From Lingula anatina (lineage: Eukaryota > Animalia > Brachiopoda), in contig CM120646.1 in assembly GCA_051362555.1 (NCBI GenBank), forward strand, positions 1,178,001 through 1,242,000: a stretch of DNA of 64,000 nucleotides, given 5' to 3'. Below the pieces are notes generated by a model. The model did no database searches, was not told the DNA's origin, and was given only the letters and a program-made list of their open reading frames with translations. Positions 48,626 to 60,200 of the stretch are shown in pieces; the first letter of the stretch is position 1; each line of letters starts with the position of its first letter. A program made the position numbers and the translations under genes.

Positions 48626-48639
48626 TTAAAGTTTTTCAT
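46966..48639 (-). CDS. Reverse transcriptase ORF of the LINE (the first few codons probably derive from flank)
   Basis: 557-aa ORF containing the RT motifs and no stops. Confidence 0.9.
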   Translation of the reverse strand: MKNFNIKRSKYDLRRAIKRAKLRYRDKLEADISSCNSSELWQGVNKITGYKPKTKLSPTDDTSLPDKLNEFYARFDRPNTISPIICSRDKEAPFQLSEEDTRLGLIRLKVKKAAGPDGITPRLLKLCADELSGVLCNIYNWSLRSSYVPKIFKQSVIIPVPKRTPVTCLNDFRPVALTSIVMKVLEKFVMQHVKSKLPTSFDPFQFAYRKNRSTEDAVAITLHNVLTFLDRKIPNYARLLFIDYSSAFNTISPFKLHEKLINSLHFSKSLSNWILNFLINRTQQVRVGNNFSKTIEINTGTPQGCVISPLLYSLFTSDCVASYPDCLIVKFADDTTCAGLISTSESDYRNQVSALVSWCSENDLELNVKKTKEIIVDFRKNPTEISHLTLNGSEVEIVRHFKFLGIHISDDLKWHINIDDIVRKAQQRLYFLRRLRSFYVNQELLAKFYRAVIESVLTQSFTVWYSSATVEDKNRLNRVVKTARRIVGRDLPSIECLYTRRVLKKVKSITSDPGHPANSLLMHMSTSRLRSLKATSTRTKNSFYPSAVRIFNEQNVF

Positions 48640-50955
48640 TCAAATATATATATGTGATAGTTTTGAGGATAAGAAGATATGTTATGCTTTGACATCCAAA
48701 TATAATTTTGTGGGCCCGGTTGCTGATGATCTTTTGTTTTAATTTTACAAAATCAAAGACTCATTGGAACTGGAAATATAGAAAATAGATATTTTCAAAT
48801 AATAATTATCCCTGTTAAATTCTTTTAAGAAACTGAAATGCTAATTAAGTTAGACTTAAAAAATAAATGATCTTGACTTAAGAAGCCTCTTTATTATATC
48901 TTAAGTACCAGAGTCCTGAGAAAATGTTTCAGATAACCCAACTGAATTGACGTAAGAAATTCACTTATTACTTCACGCAAGCGTACACCTTGTGTAAATA
49001 TTTTAGCTACTTATAAACCAAAAATAGAATGTTCCAAGACTCCTTGTGGTAACAAACATGCATACCAGTATCACGCTGAAGTGAACTAATTCAAGACAAC
49101 GAAGTTTGTTTAACCATATGCATGCACCAAAATTTCAGCTACTCAAAATTGTTGAACTTCAATATTCTAACCACTCAAATTCAACCAAAAATGTCATAAA
49201 GACTACATCATACATGTACAATGTAGCTGCCAAAACAAAAAGGAAAGGGCATACAGTACCTGCATTCCTAGAAACTGTTTCAGAGAACTTGACCTAAGTG
49301 AAGGTAAGAAATCTGTACTAGTATGTGTATAAAACTATGAACCAATATATTACCCCAGGTTAAAAAAATTCATACCTGTATCCCGCAAAATTTTTTCAGA
49401 GAGTCTGACTTAATTCAAGATAGGAAATATTCCAAACACCAAACCTACATTCAGGGAGCCCAATAACTGCAGTCTAGATTCATGCCATAGTTTTCTCCAT
49501 TTATAACCATGGTGATGTATGTGTGGGAGTCCTAATTGATTTACCTAATGGTATTCAGCAATGACCCAGATCAGACTAACATAGTACCATGCTGATTAGA
49601 CCTACCTAACACCTCACTAAATTACAGATATCTCTCTCTGTTCTGAATCAGTAAGGAGTATAGATTACACTGTTTGTAAATAATGTTTTTCTAGAATATA
49701 CTCGAATACAACTCAGGAAATGAAGTTTGTAGTGACTGATACTTAAGTACACCTCGCAAAATTATATCATACAAACTCTAAGACTAGAAACTTCCAGATT
49801 TCCTGGTAATTTTTACCCTGAGGTTCAGACGACACTGAGAAATCACCTACAGTATATCTATACTATCCATATGGCTGTAGTTCATACTGGACACATAATG
49901 ACTTTATGTCCTTTGAAACTCAGGGCAGGTAATTTTGGTAAGAGACTGATTTTTAAAAATATTCTCTGACGCAATTTGATAAAAAAAGTAGGGAAAAAAA
50001 TCAATATTTACCTTGACATTAATATTCCAAGCAGACTGAGAAGTCTACAAGCCAGGTAGGAAAGTTAGCAGCTAGAACTAGACAGTTTCAACCTTTAAAC
50101 TTGTATCTATCTTTCTGTCTATGTTCACTGCTCAGGTAAGTAAAAAAACAGGTGTTGACCTCAATTTGCAAAGAGGTGAACCCTAACTGCTGCCAAAAAC
50201 GCAATATAACTCCCGTCTGAATCAGCCAGACAGGTAATGGTTGGGGAGTGAACGGTTGACTAGATCTACCCACATGCATTCTTTATAGTAATTCTGATTG
50301 AAATAAGCTGTTTTTGTACATGAACTGTAGCAAAATATTATTGATATCAAGCCTGGAAGTTTATTCATGAGTACTTTATTACTTCTCTAAATAAATTCAT
50401 TTTTTAAAGATATTTTTATACATCATAATTATTCCTGTTTCTGTCTGCATATGTACAAGTATGTGAAAATAAAACAGGAGTGGCTACAGAATGTGGGCTT
50501 AATTTACCTGTAATTTACCTGTTATGTCAACTTTAATCCATCTAACTGATTACATGTATAAAAAAACAGAAGGCTGTTGATTGGAATTATTCAGCAGACT
50601 TGGCAAGACCCAAGTTTTGATAACTTAAGACCTGCTGTGTCGTAGCCTACGTGACCTGGATAGACAAAATAAGATGGAGAAAAAGAAAACTTAAGAAAAA
50701 TAAGATAAGAAGATAAATTTTAGTACACCAGTTAAAGCTACTTTAATCTGATGAAATAGTATCTGTAACGACATGCCAACTACTGGTGCATATACATGTA
50801 TGTAAATGCAGATACAGAATTAGAGTAAATATTTAGAACAAATCCAAATCTATAGGATCTATAAAACTTTTCTAACTACTGGTAGTAACTTTTGGTTATT
50901 CAAGTCTCAATTTTCGTAATACATTCATGGGTGTGATTCTTCATACTGTAAATAA

Positions 50956-51170
50956 GACCCCATTTCCAGAGATAACATAGGTCTACTTTAGATCGACCTA
51001 ACTCCCTGGGGGTTCACGCTAAATAGCTGTCAGCCAAGCGGACCCGAAAGTTAATTACCCCCTTACAGCTTGTAGTAGGCGGGACGGACATTTAAGCCGG
51101 ATTATCTGACAGTAATCTAGTGAGACTCCCCGTGGGGATAGATCGATCAAAAAGCTCTGGGAATACAGCC
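50956..51170 (+). mobile_element. PIF/Harbinger-like MITE, copy 1 (TSD TAA)
   Basis: GACCCCATTTCCAGAG ... CTCTGGGAATACAGCC flanked by TAA/TAA; homologous in inverted orientation to 55881-56094. Confidence 0.85.
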
Positions 51171-51249
51171 TAAAGCCCCTTCACATTTGGATTATTTTCA
51201 CCACAATGGAAATAAGTGTAAAAAGCTTTTTGTGCTATCATATGTAATA

Positions 51250-51254
<5 letters not shown>

Positions 51255-51297
<43 letters not shown>
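51255..51297. repeat. (TG)n microsatellite
   Basis: Direct reading; similar tracts at 32603-32645 (GT) and 26942-26983 (AG). Confidence 0.95.
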
Positions 51298-51300
<3 letters not shown>

Positions 51301-51958
51301 ATTTTATTGCAAAATAAATATGTACTTTTGCAATATCCACCCACACTGTAATTCCCTAATTTTTTAAAAATATAATCAAAATTAATTTTTTTGGTGACTG
51401 ATCAATGTCTCTGCTATTCAAATAAATAGTTTGGAAATTTAATAAGTCATTTTAATATTTCACGATGAGATTGCAGCAAATCTTCACCCCAGCTATAACC
51501 TCAATCAGCTCTCATACAGTAATACATGTAGAAGGCATAAAATTTCATGTGATAAAAAACATCTTAAAATAAGTAAATGGATTGCCAACGACTTTATTTG
51601 AGTAGTGGAGACACTGCTGAAAGTCACCACACATATAAATTTTGAAAAGATACTGAAAATGTTCAAAGAGATATATGGTGAGGAGGATACTGAAAAGTGC
51701 CCATTTATCTTTATCAAATTTTACTCAACATACTGTAGAGTTCACAAATATAATTCCCAGACGTTTTAATTAATTTGATTAGAGTCGATTGCTTGTGCAC
51801 TCGACTAGTTTATGACCTTACCTGTAATTATGTAACTTAAGTGGACGTGTGCAATCTGAATAATTAAAATTAGTATGTATCGTTAACAAGTAGAGGTTCT
51901 ACTGATCTGCGTCTTCTACCTTCTCCCCAACCGAGAGTTTTCTAGACCTTATATACTG

Positions 51959-52395
51959 AGTGGTGAGGAAGCTCGTTAAAAGGTCCTTATCCGTTAATAT
52001 GCTTGATGTCGGTTCAATGTCGCAACCCTGGCCGAACCCTCGGCGACGGTATGTCTGTCGAACGATCGACCTGTATTGAGGATTGGTAAGGTTACGATCA
52101 TCTCCCCGACATCTGAGACAAAACGACCCCTTAACGAGCTAATCCTCACCACTGCCGCGGCCCAACGTTGGTGGCTTTTGATAATGATACTCTCCAATTA
52201 TTCCTTTTGTCGGTGAATCCTGATATGGCTTAATTATTAAGATCGGTACGTTACAATTGTATAAAAGAAGTTCAGAATTAATATCGGGAGTTCAGACTGG
52301 AGAAGACTCGAAGGTGACCGCTCGACAGAGCCATGCGAGACGGCTTGATAGTTGGAGACTTCACGTAGACGATGTAGTTAGAGAGCGTCAACCAA
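51959..52395. other. CpG-rich segment folding into two long imperfect rods (candidate structured ncRNA or old foldback element)
   Basis: Rod 1 (51959-52153): AGTGGTGAGGA/TCCTCACCACT, AGCTCGTTAA/TTAACGAGCT, GATGTCGG/CCGACATC. Rod 2 (52168-52395): TTGGT/ACCAA, TCTCCAATTAT/ATAGTTGGAGA, TGAATCCTGATAT/ATATCGGGAGTTCA. Confidence 0.55.
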
Positions 52396-53439
52396 TGAAC
52401 CATTAAATAATGTATATGTAAAGGTACATAACAGTACGTGTACATGTACACGTACAGTTACAGTACAAAAACCGATTTAGTAGTACGGTAAAACTTAAGA
52501 AAAGAAATAGCTAACCATTTCATGCAGACGTATGATCTCCTATCATATTCCACACATGTCATTGAGCACAGTTCACACCATTTAAATTACCTGCTCAACG
52601 CGTTTACGACAGAATATCAGCTTACCTACCTCCAGCTGGCAGCGTACTTGACAACATTCCTTTGAAATTAGGTCAAGGTGAAGGTCGCACTTTGTTTTTT
52701 TATCGTTTATGAAATGTAAACATGCCATATTACCTAGGGCGTGCATTCACTGTCACAAATGACCAAACTAAATACAAAAATAAATCACACAGATGCTTTC
52801 AATAATGTACAAACAGGGAAACTTTATACTGTGTTGGTGAAGAAATAAAGATGGCGCCACATTGAATTGTAAAATGGGTAAAATAGTATCGGTGTTTGGC
52901 TAGCAAAGCAAAAATGATAAAAAATTAATGCCTAATTTTTAATATATTTTTGATGTCAGCGCCATAATTACTAATGTGAAAATGTATTTATGTTTTGTAT
53001 TGGAATGAACAATATATGCATGCATAGAAAATCACAAATAAGAACAAAGCAATGGTTTTATGAAAAAAAAAAATAAATAAAACTAACCTACAGGACACTC
53101 TAATATAGTATTATTGCCTTAATTTAAGTGCCATTTGGTGGTCAACGTATTGTATGCTTGGAGTCACCCTTCTTGACAACCCAAACATGGTACTTTGCCT
53201 TTGAGCGTGCCAGTGTGGAGTGGAGGGGGGGGGGGGGGTTAACTTTACACAATGTTCAGTGTTAGGGCTGCATCATACAGAGTTCAGCTTATAGATGCAT
53301 TAACGTGACATATTGCTGTAATTCAGTTACAATAGCATCCAGTTAAAATAGCAAGTAGGGTTTTTAATACTTTCATAATACAAATATATTGAGAACTATG
53401 CAATTTTCGTCTTCTTGTTTATAATAATTTCATTGTGAC

Positions 53440-53475
53440 CCGGAAGTTAAAAGTAACCAATCACGTCTCGCCACA
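53440..53475 (+). promoter_or_regulatory. HYOU1 promoter: ETS site plus ER-stress response element (ERSE-like)
   Basis: CCGGAAGT at 53440-53447; CCAAT-N9-CCACA at 53457-53475; about 110 nt upstream of the non-coding exon-1 donor CAG|GTAGGT at 53585. Confidence 0.75.
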
Positions 53476-54220
53476 CCGATTGCCGGCACCTTCCGCTATA
53501 GTTCAACGTGTTCTTAATTTCTTGTTTAAAATTCCGACTTAAAGTTGACGCTTGCATCACTAGTCCGTATTTCAAGATTGAGCAGGTAGGTTTAGTTAAC
53601 TGTTACACCGTCTGCATTGTTTTCTTTCAATAATGTACTTTGTCTTTGATTGTCAGCTATTTGAAGTCTTGTACGACATTTCACACATGTGCACTTCTCT
53701 GTCAACGACAATGTGACAATGACATTGTAACAGAATTTTTTTCTTAATGCCGACTGCTTGGATAAAATATAAATAATGACAACAAAAAGATCACACTTGG
53801 AATGATCAACTTACCAAGATGTTTAACTGAATGTGAAGAATTCAGTAATTTTGACATATTAATTTTATTACCTTTAAATAAAAATATGGCATGATTAACA
53901 TTTGACTGCATAATTGCCGGTGCATTGTCTATGAACCCCTTAAAAATCAAGTGTATATATTTTCTTTTTGTTGACGAAATTCATTATGGTCTAACTGTTA
54001 TGACAGAAGTTTTTCACACCTGACAACAGGGAATTAAATTGGTGTTTATTTATATCGCAAAGACAGACAAAATTCACTTGTTAAGTGTAGGCTGTGACCA
54101 ATCTTATATATTACACATAGTTGACTTTAAATGATTGCTGGGCTTATCTTTATGACAGTGTTGCTGGTGAGCTACTTGGATATATATTTGTTTGTATTTT
54201 CAGGATACATTTGCTGTAAG

Positions 54221-57200
54221 ATGAGACAAAGTACTAAAATCCTGGCAGCATTGTTGCTGCTGGGATATTTATGGACAAGCGCAGGTAAATTATAGGCTTT
54301 TCCTATTAATTATTACTCTGCATACTACTCTGTTAATATGAAATATTGAACATGAATGGGAAGTATATAGATAAACAAGCTTAAGTTTAAAAAATCGGGG
54401 AAAGGTGTAGTTTTTTTATCTCTATAAGTCAACATCATTTAATATTATTATTCCGTGGCTTATTATTTCCAGAGGGTATGGCAGTGATGTCAGTAGATCT
54501 AGGAAATGAATTTATGAAGATTGCCATAGTGAAGGTTTGTCGTGCACACTTTTCATCTGTTAAAATTTTTCAGTTAAACTTCTATATTAAGTTAGCTAGG
54601 TATAGTTTGTAATCATATCCTATAATCCTTCTGAATTACAGGTATAAAAATGTAATTTTATGTGTGAAATTTGTAAAAATCTAAAATCCTGAAAACATAA
54701 CTTGCAATTTCTCATTGCATTGAGAACATGTGAGAAAAAAAAAATGCGATTAAAAAGAGAGACTAAAAATCCTAAAACTAGGCATAATCCTGAAAATTTT
54801 CACCTATGTGTCTTTAATCTTTGATATTGGAGAACCATGTTTTTTTTACTTTAAGAAAAATATTATAATCTCTCATATTATACTTTCAGCCTGGAGTCCC
54901 TATGGAAATTGTCTTAAATAAGTAAGTTGTTTCTCATACACTCTGTCCTCCTCCCTGCTTTGTTAATTCTTTGTCTTGAATAAGTGATATTTTCTTTCAC
55001 ATTCTATCTCTTTCCTTGTTTCTTTCTGATAAAATAAGCATTAATTGCTTTAATTTCAATTGATAAATATAAAAAAGAATAATACTACGTGTACAGGCAC
55101 CTGTATATGGTTTCTATACACTTATTAACAGAAGCACACCTGCATGGTCATTAAGTGTCTCATCTTAACTCTTTCAGAGAGTCGAGGAGGAAAACTCCAG
55201 TTGTTGTAGCATTCCGTAATAACGAGAGAGAATTTGGGGACCAAGCCATGAATACGGTAAATGTTGATGCTGGAATAAAGAAGCCAAACACCAAAACTGT
55301 TTCAAACTCATAAAGCTGGTTGCCATAGTCTGATTTATTATAATTATATAATATAAGATAATAAAGGCCAGCATGGGGCCATGCTAAAAGCTGGTTGATC
55401 TGGTTTATATCATGCACTAAAAAATTTTAAATTATAGAATAACTCTGCAGTTTCATAGGTGTGATATTTTATCTCATTCTTCTTTTTCTATAGGCTGTCC
55501 GTTACCCAGCCAATGCCTTCCTCTATCTGAAGGATCTCCTGGGGAAGAAAGTGGACAACCCAGTAGTGAAACATTATCAACAGAGGTTCCCTTACCATAA
55601 CATTGTACCCAGTGATACGGGGACAGTTATGTTCCAAATAGATGAGTAAGTGATATAGGGGAATCGTATTATTTAGTCGGAAAGGATTAGAGACATGGTC
55701 GTGGTAGTTCAGGTAACTGTAGGTGATAGGAAGGGTGCCACATGTGCTGCTATTTGGGTTGTTTTGCCCCCAGAGAAATGAGATTATTTTAGGATCAAAC
55801 AGATCGACCAGGTGTAAATTATAAAGCTGAATTGTTATGTCTTTTGAGACTTTAAATGGTATCATTTAAAAGTACCCCAAGGGTGTATTCCCAGAGCTTT
55901 TAGATCGATCTATACCCCCAAGAAGCCTCACTAGATTACTGTCAGATAATCCGGTTTAATGTCTGTCCCGCCTACTACAAGCTGTAAGGGGGTAATTAAC
56001 TTTCGTGCACGCTCGGCTGACAGCTGTTTAGCGTGAACCCCCAGGGAGTTAGGTTTGTCTAAAGTAGATCGATCTAATCTCTGGGAATGGGGTCCAAGTG
56101 TTGCACTGTAGAAGCATTGTCTATGTGATATCATGCATGCTTGTAAACAAGTGTTTTTAAACAGGCCCGTAGCCGGGGGGGGGGGGGGGGGTTCGGGGGG
56201 TTCGAAAGAACCACCCCTTTTGCTGGAAAAAGGTCCACTCTGGGTAAAATTTGATCTAGGTACATGAAGTTTTTATGGGAAAAGGTCCACTTTTTCAGAA
56301 AAAGAAACCCCCTTTTGAAATTGCTGACTACGGGCCTGTTAAATGACATATAATATATAACATTCTGTTTATACAGAAGACCTTGCATATAACACACTTA
56401 TTGGAACCTGTTATTTTTATCCCTGTTATGTGAAAAGTTCACTAAAAGAGTATAGCCATGTTTGTGTTTAGATGGGTCTCACATTCAGTACATTAAAGAC
56501 AAAGTGTCCGGTTTATGTGAGGTTGTTAAGTACAGGGTCTGCTGTACGTGAAAATACATAATTTGAATTGTGAAGATAGTGGCTAATATTAACTGCATGT
56601 TCAGATCACTGTATGCTGGGCTGTGAAGGTGATAAAGGTTATCTGCATGGAATGGGAAATGTCCAAGACTGATGTCATTTTCATGAATATATACAGCCTT
56701 GTTAATATGGCATGGATCTTCACTGAAAACCTTTTCAGTACTAACAAAATTTGCACAGACTGTCAGTTGCCATTTATTTTCAAAACATAGATCACTTCAA
56801 ATTCATTTTTATTCATATTATTGAAGTGTTAAAAGTGACAAATTGATTTGTGAAGTCAACATACTGAAGTATTTTAACACAGCATGTTTTTTTTTTCGAT
56901 TTGACATTATCTGACAAATATATAATTACATAAAAAATACAATTTACTAAATACTCTTCAAAAAAAGTCTTATAAACAGCAGATAAATATAAGACGTAAT
57001 AAAATTTCCTGCTGCCAGTGTTATACTTCTCAAAGAGAAACACTTTCTCAGTCTGTACATTCCCATCCTTGCAGAGTTCATCTTCGCAGCCCTCATTCAA
57101 AACCTAGTTTTGGGTAGGTAGATGTTTATGTTAGTTAGTATAACCTTAAACCTTAACTAACGCTTTTTGTGAATAATTTTCGGCAAAAACGTTACTATGT

Positions 57201-60200
57201 CATAGGAATCGTAGAAGAGATTATTGTATATTTCTCGTTGTTAAAGGACAAAATGCAAGATAAACCATATTAAATACTTCATAGGAAATTGTGAAAAAAA
57301 AAAAGAACTAAATCTCTTTATGTTATTGGCATCACAGTATATACATTCATAATATCATTGTTTCCAGGAACACCAAGTATTCTGTGGAGGAACTCTTAGG
57401 AATGGTGCTCCAGGAAGCCAAACACCTGGCTGAGGGATTCGCAGGTAAGTAGTATAGAGTTATAACAGATTTATAGAAGAGCCAATTCAATAAAAAACCA
57501 GTCTTTTGTAGACCATAGCAAGAAAGAAAATGATGAATTGCCAAATGAAACCTGTATTTGTCTGTATAGAAATTTCTAAGAATAAAAGCATTAGTTTATT
57601 AATATGACAGTCATGAAATGGGACTCCACACTTAGCATCCAGTTTTTCCTGATGAAAATGAGACCAGTAATGTGCACAACTTTTGAAAGTAGTACTTTCG
57701 ATTGTGGAATAGGTGTATTTCCTCGTGTCATTACTAAATATTTATTAGTAAGTGATTGTTTATTTTAATTATTATTTTGGACATAATCAGCATACTTACT
57801 TATGTTCTAAATATGCTAATTAAACCATTACGTCTTTAGTAGATGAACTTAAGATAAAAATTAATTTGCAATGTTTTTTTTTTCAATATTAGCTGCCTGG
57901 ATGAATAAAAATTATAATATTTTAATATTTGCAATGTATATTTAAGAGCAACCAATATCTGATGTGGTGATCACAGTACCTCCATTCTTCAACCAGGCAG
58001 AGAGGAGGGCGATGACACTGGCAGCGGAGTATGCTGGTCTTAAACTGCTGCAGCTTATGAATGATAACTCTGCAGGTAAATAACATTTATAATTCTCTAA
58101 GTGATATTTATTAAGTGGCTAATGGATAAAACGTAGGAGGTAAATAACACCCTTCTTCCGCCTGTCTTTCAAAGGGAAGTAGTCTCATCCCCCCTCACCC
58201 CCCCCCCAAAAAAAAAGTGTGTACATTATGAAACCATACACATTTGCCATACATTTTTTGTTTATAACTTATTTTTGTTTTGTTTAATTTTGTTGTCAGT
58301 GACTGAAGGTCTGAAAGAGTGTGTATTAAAAAAAACCCTTTATTTACATTATGTAATTTCCTGTTATAATTTTTGTTCTGCCTCTTTCTCTTAATACATA
58401 AATAATTAATTTCCCACAGCCCCAACAAATTTTAGACATCAACTTTTTTCCCCCATGCAGAGCAATATAATGGTTACAAGATATATGTCATACAAATTCT
58501 GATACCATATTTCCTATTCCAGTTGCACTGAATTATGGAGTGTTCAGGAGAAAAGAATTTAACGGCACGGCACAACACTATATGTTCTTTGACATGGGAG
58601 CCACCAGCACCATAGTTACCATTGTGGGTAAGTTTGGTTGCCATGGAAATGGCCACATTGATGTCACGACAGCTATATTTAAAGTCACACAATGAGTGTC
58701 TGGGCTTTATATAGTAAGCATTAAATTATTTTCCTGGAAAATTCTTTTTCCCGAAATAAACAAAGGTCTAAATCATCAGGTAGTGCCCACAGAGTTTGAA
58801 CGCTTAAAATCTTTTGGGTACCTCTTAGCTTGTAATTGAGGTAGGGACCAGTTTACTGCACTGGTGATGGTAAAAATGTGAAACTTAGGTCTCCGTAGTG
58901 GGTGTTTAGATAATAGTTTTGCCAACAAATTTCACAAATTTACTGGTATTTTGCTAAAGGTCTAACAAGAATGGTATATACTTTTTGCATTGATTCTGAA
59001 TCAGAGTTCATATTTTATGACAGACTTTATGAATATATTATATATCTAAGTGAATGATATATCTTTTTTAATATGAAGAAGTGAACTTTAATATTGTGCA
59101 TGGTTTTGCATTAAATATCTTTATTAGATTATCTGTAACTTATTTAATTAATTTGTTTTTGTATTCAGGTTACCAGTTGGTGAAAACTAAAGAGGGTTCT
59201 TATACAGAGACAAATCCTCAGGTGACAGTTAAAGGTGTTGGGTAAGTAGAGGTTTGGACAGGTATATGGGTACATGCCTCTACCCAAGTAACAGATGTCA
59301 AAATATTCCTGATATATATGAGATGTTTAGCAGACAAGAGACAAAAGTATAATCAATGAAGATTTATTGAATTTTATGTTTTGAAAAATGCAGAAAACCT
59401 CAGATTTAAAGGGACGAAGGTCTCAGTTTTCAATCTTTCCTCCTAAAAGTCTGTTGCCTGCTCCACATTTTTTCTTACATTTACAACACTATGAAACCCT
59501 AGCATACAATAATTACCCAATGAATCATCCACACAACCAGACTTTTCCTAAAATTGTCTTTTATTTATTAGTAAAACTAGAAAGTGTTGATTCAAAATTT
59601 TTGAAAATTTTGTTTGCTCCTTCTCAGAAAGTTCATTTTAAAAGTTGTTAATGACAAAAAATTCATTCACTTTTGAATTATAAAATATTACAAAACAAAA
59701 AAGAATTCATTTAAAAATGCATTTTCCATTTCTTCCCCGTAGGTTTGATCGTGATCTTGGTGGCTTGGAGTTCCAGCTGAGGTTCCGCGACCACCTGGCG
59801 AGATTGTTCAACGGCCAGAAGAAGACCAGCGCGGATGTTTTCCAGGACAAGAGGGCCATGGGCAAGCTGTTTAAGGAGGCCGGGAGGGTTAAGAATGTCC
59901 TCAGTGCCAATACTGAACACTTTGCACAGGTGAGGGCTTAAGATTGTAAAATGTTATTAACTTAGGTTTAGCTTAGATTGTTACTATCAGTGAACTGTGT
60001 TAAATCAACTGTTTTGTGTTGTTGTTAATTCATAAAATGATGGAAGACTCTTAGATTTATCAAGATTTTTGGATATTTGTAAAAAATTGTAAAAGATTTT
60101 CTAGGGGGCATACCTTTGCATTTTAGGGATTTCTTTAAGAAGATCCACTTCATCTCTGAAACATAGAATCTCTTTGTTTATATCAGGTTTCTTTTTAAAA

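Noticed and set aside
50179-50187. AACCCTAAC as a telomerase RNA template
   Set aside because: A 9-mer is expected by chance in this much sequence, and no U-rich/A-rich pseudoknot or H/ACA domain is evident downstream.
52324-52347. ACAGAG box / group II domain V-like GAGCC..CGGCTT hairpin; also RNase P-like fragments (TCTGAGAC, TTCAGACT) nearby
   Set aside because: The matches are too short and lack the required flanking conserved residues and spacing.
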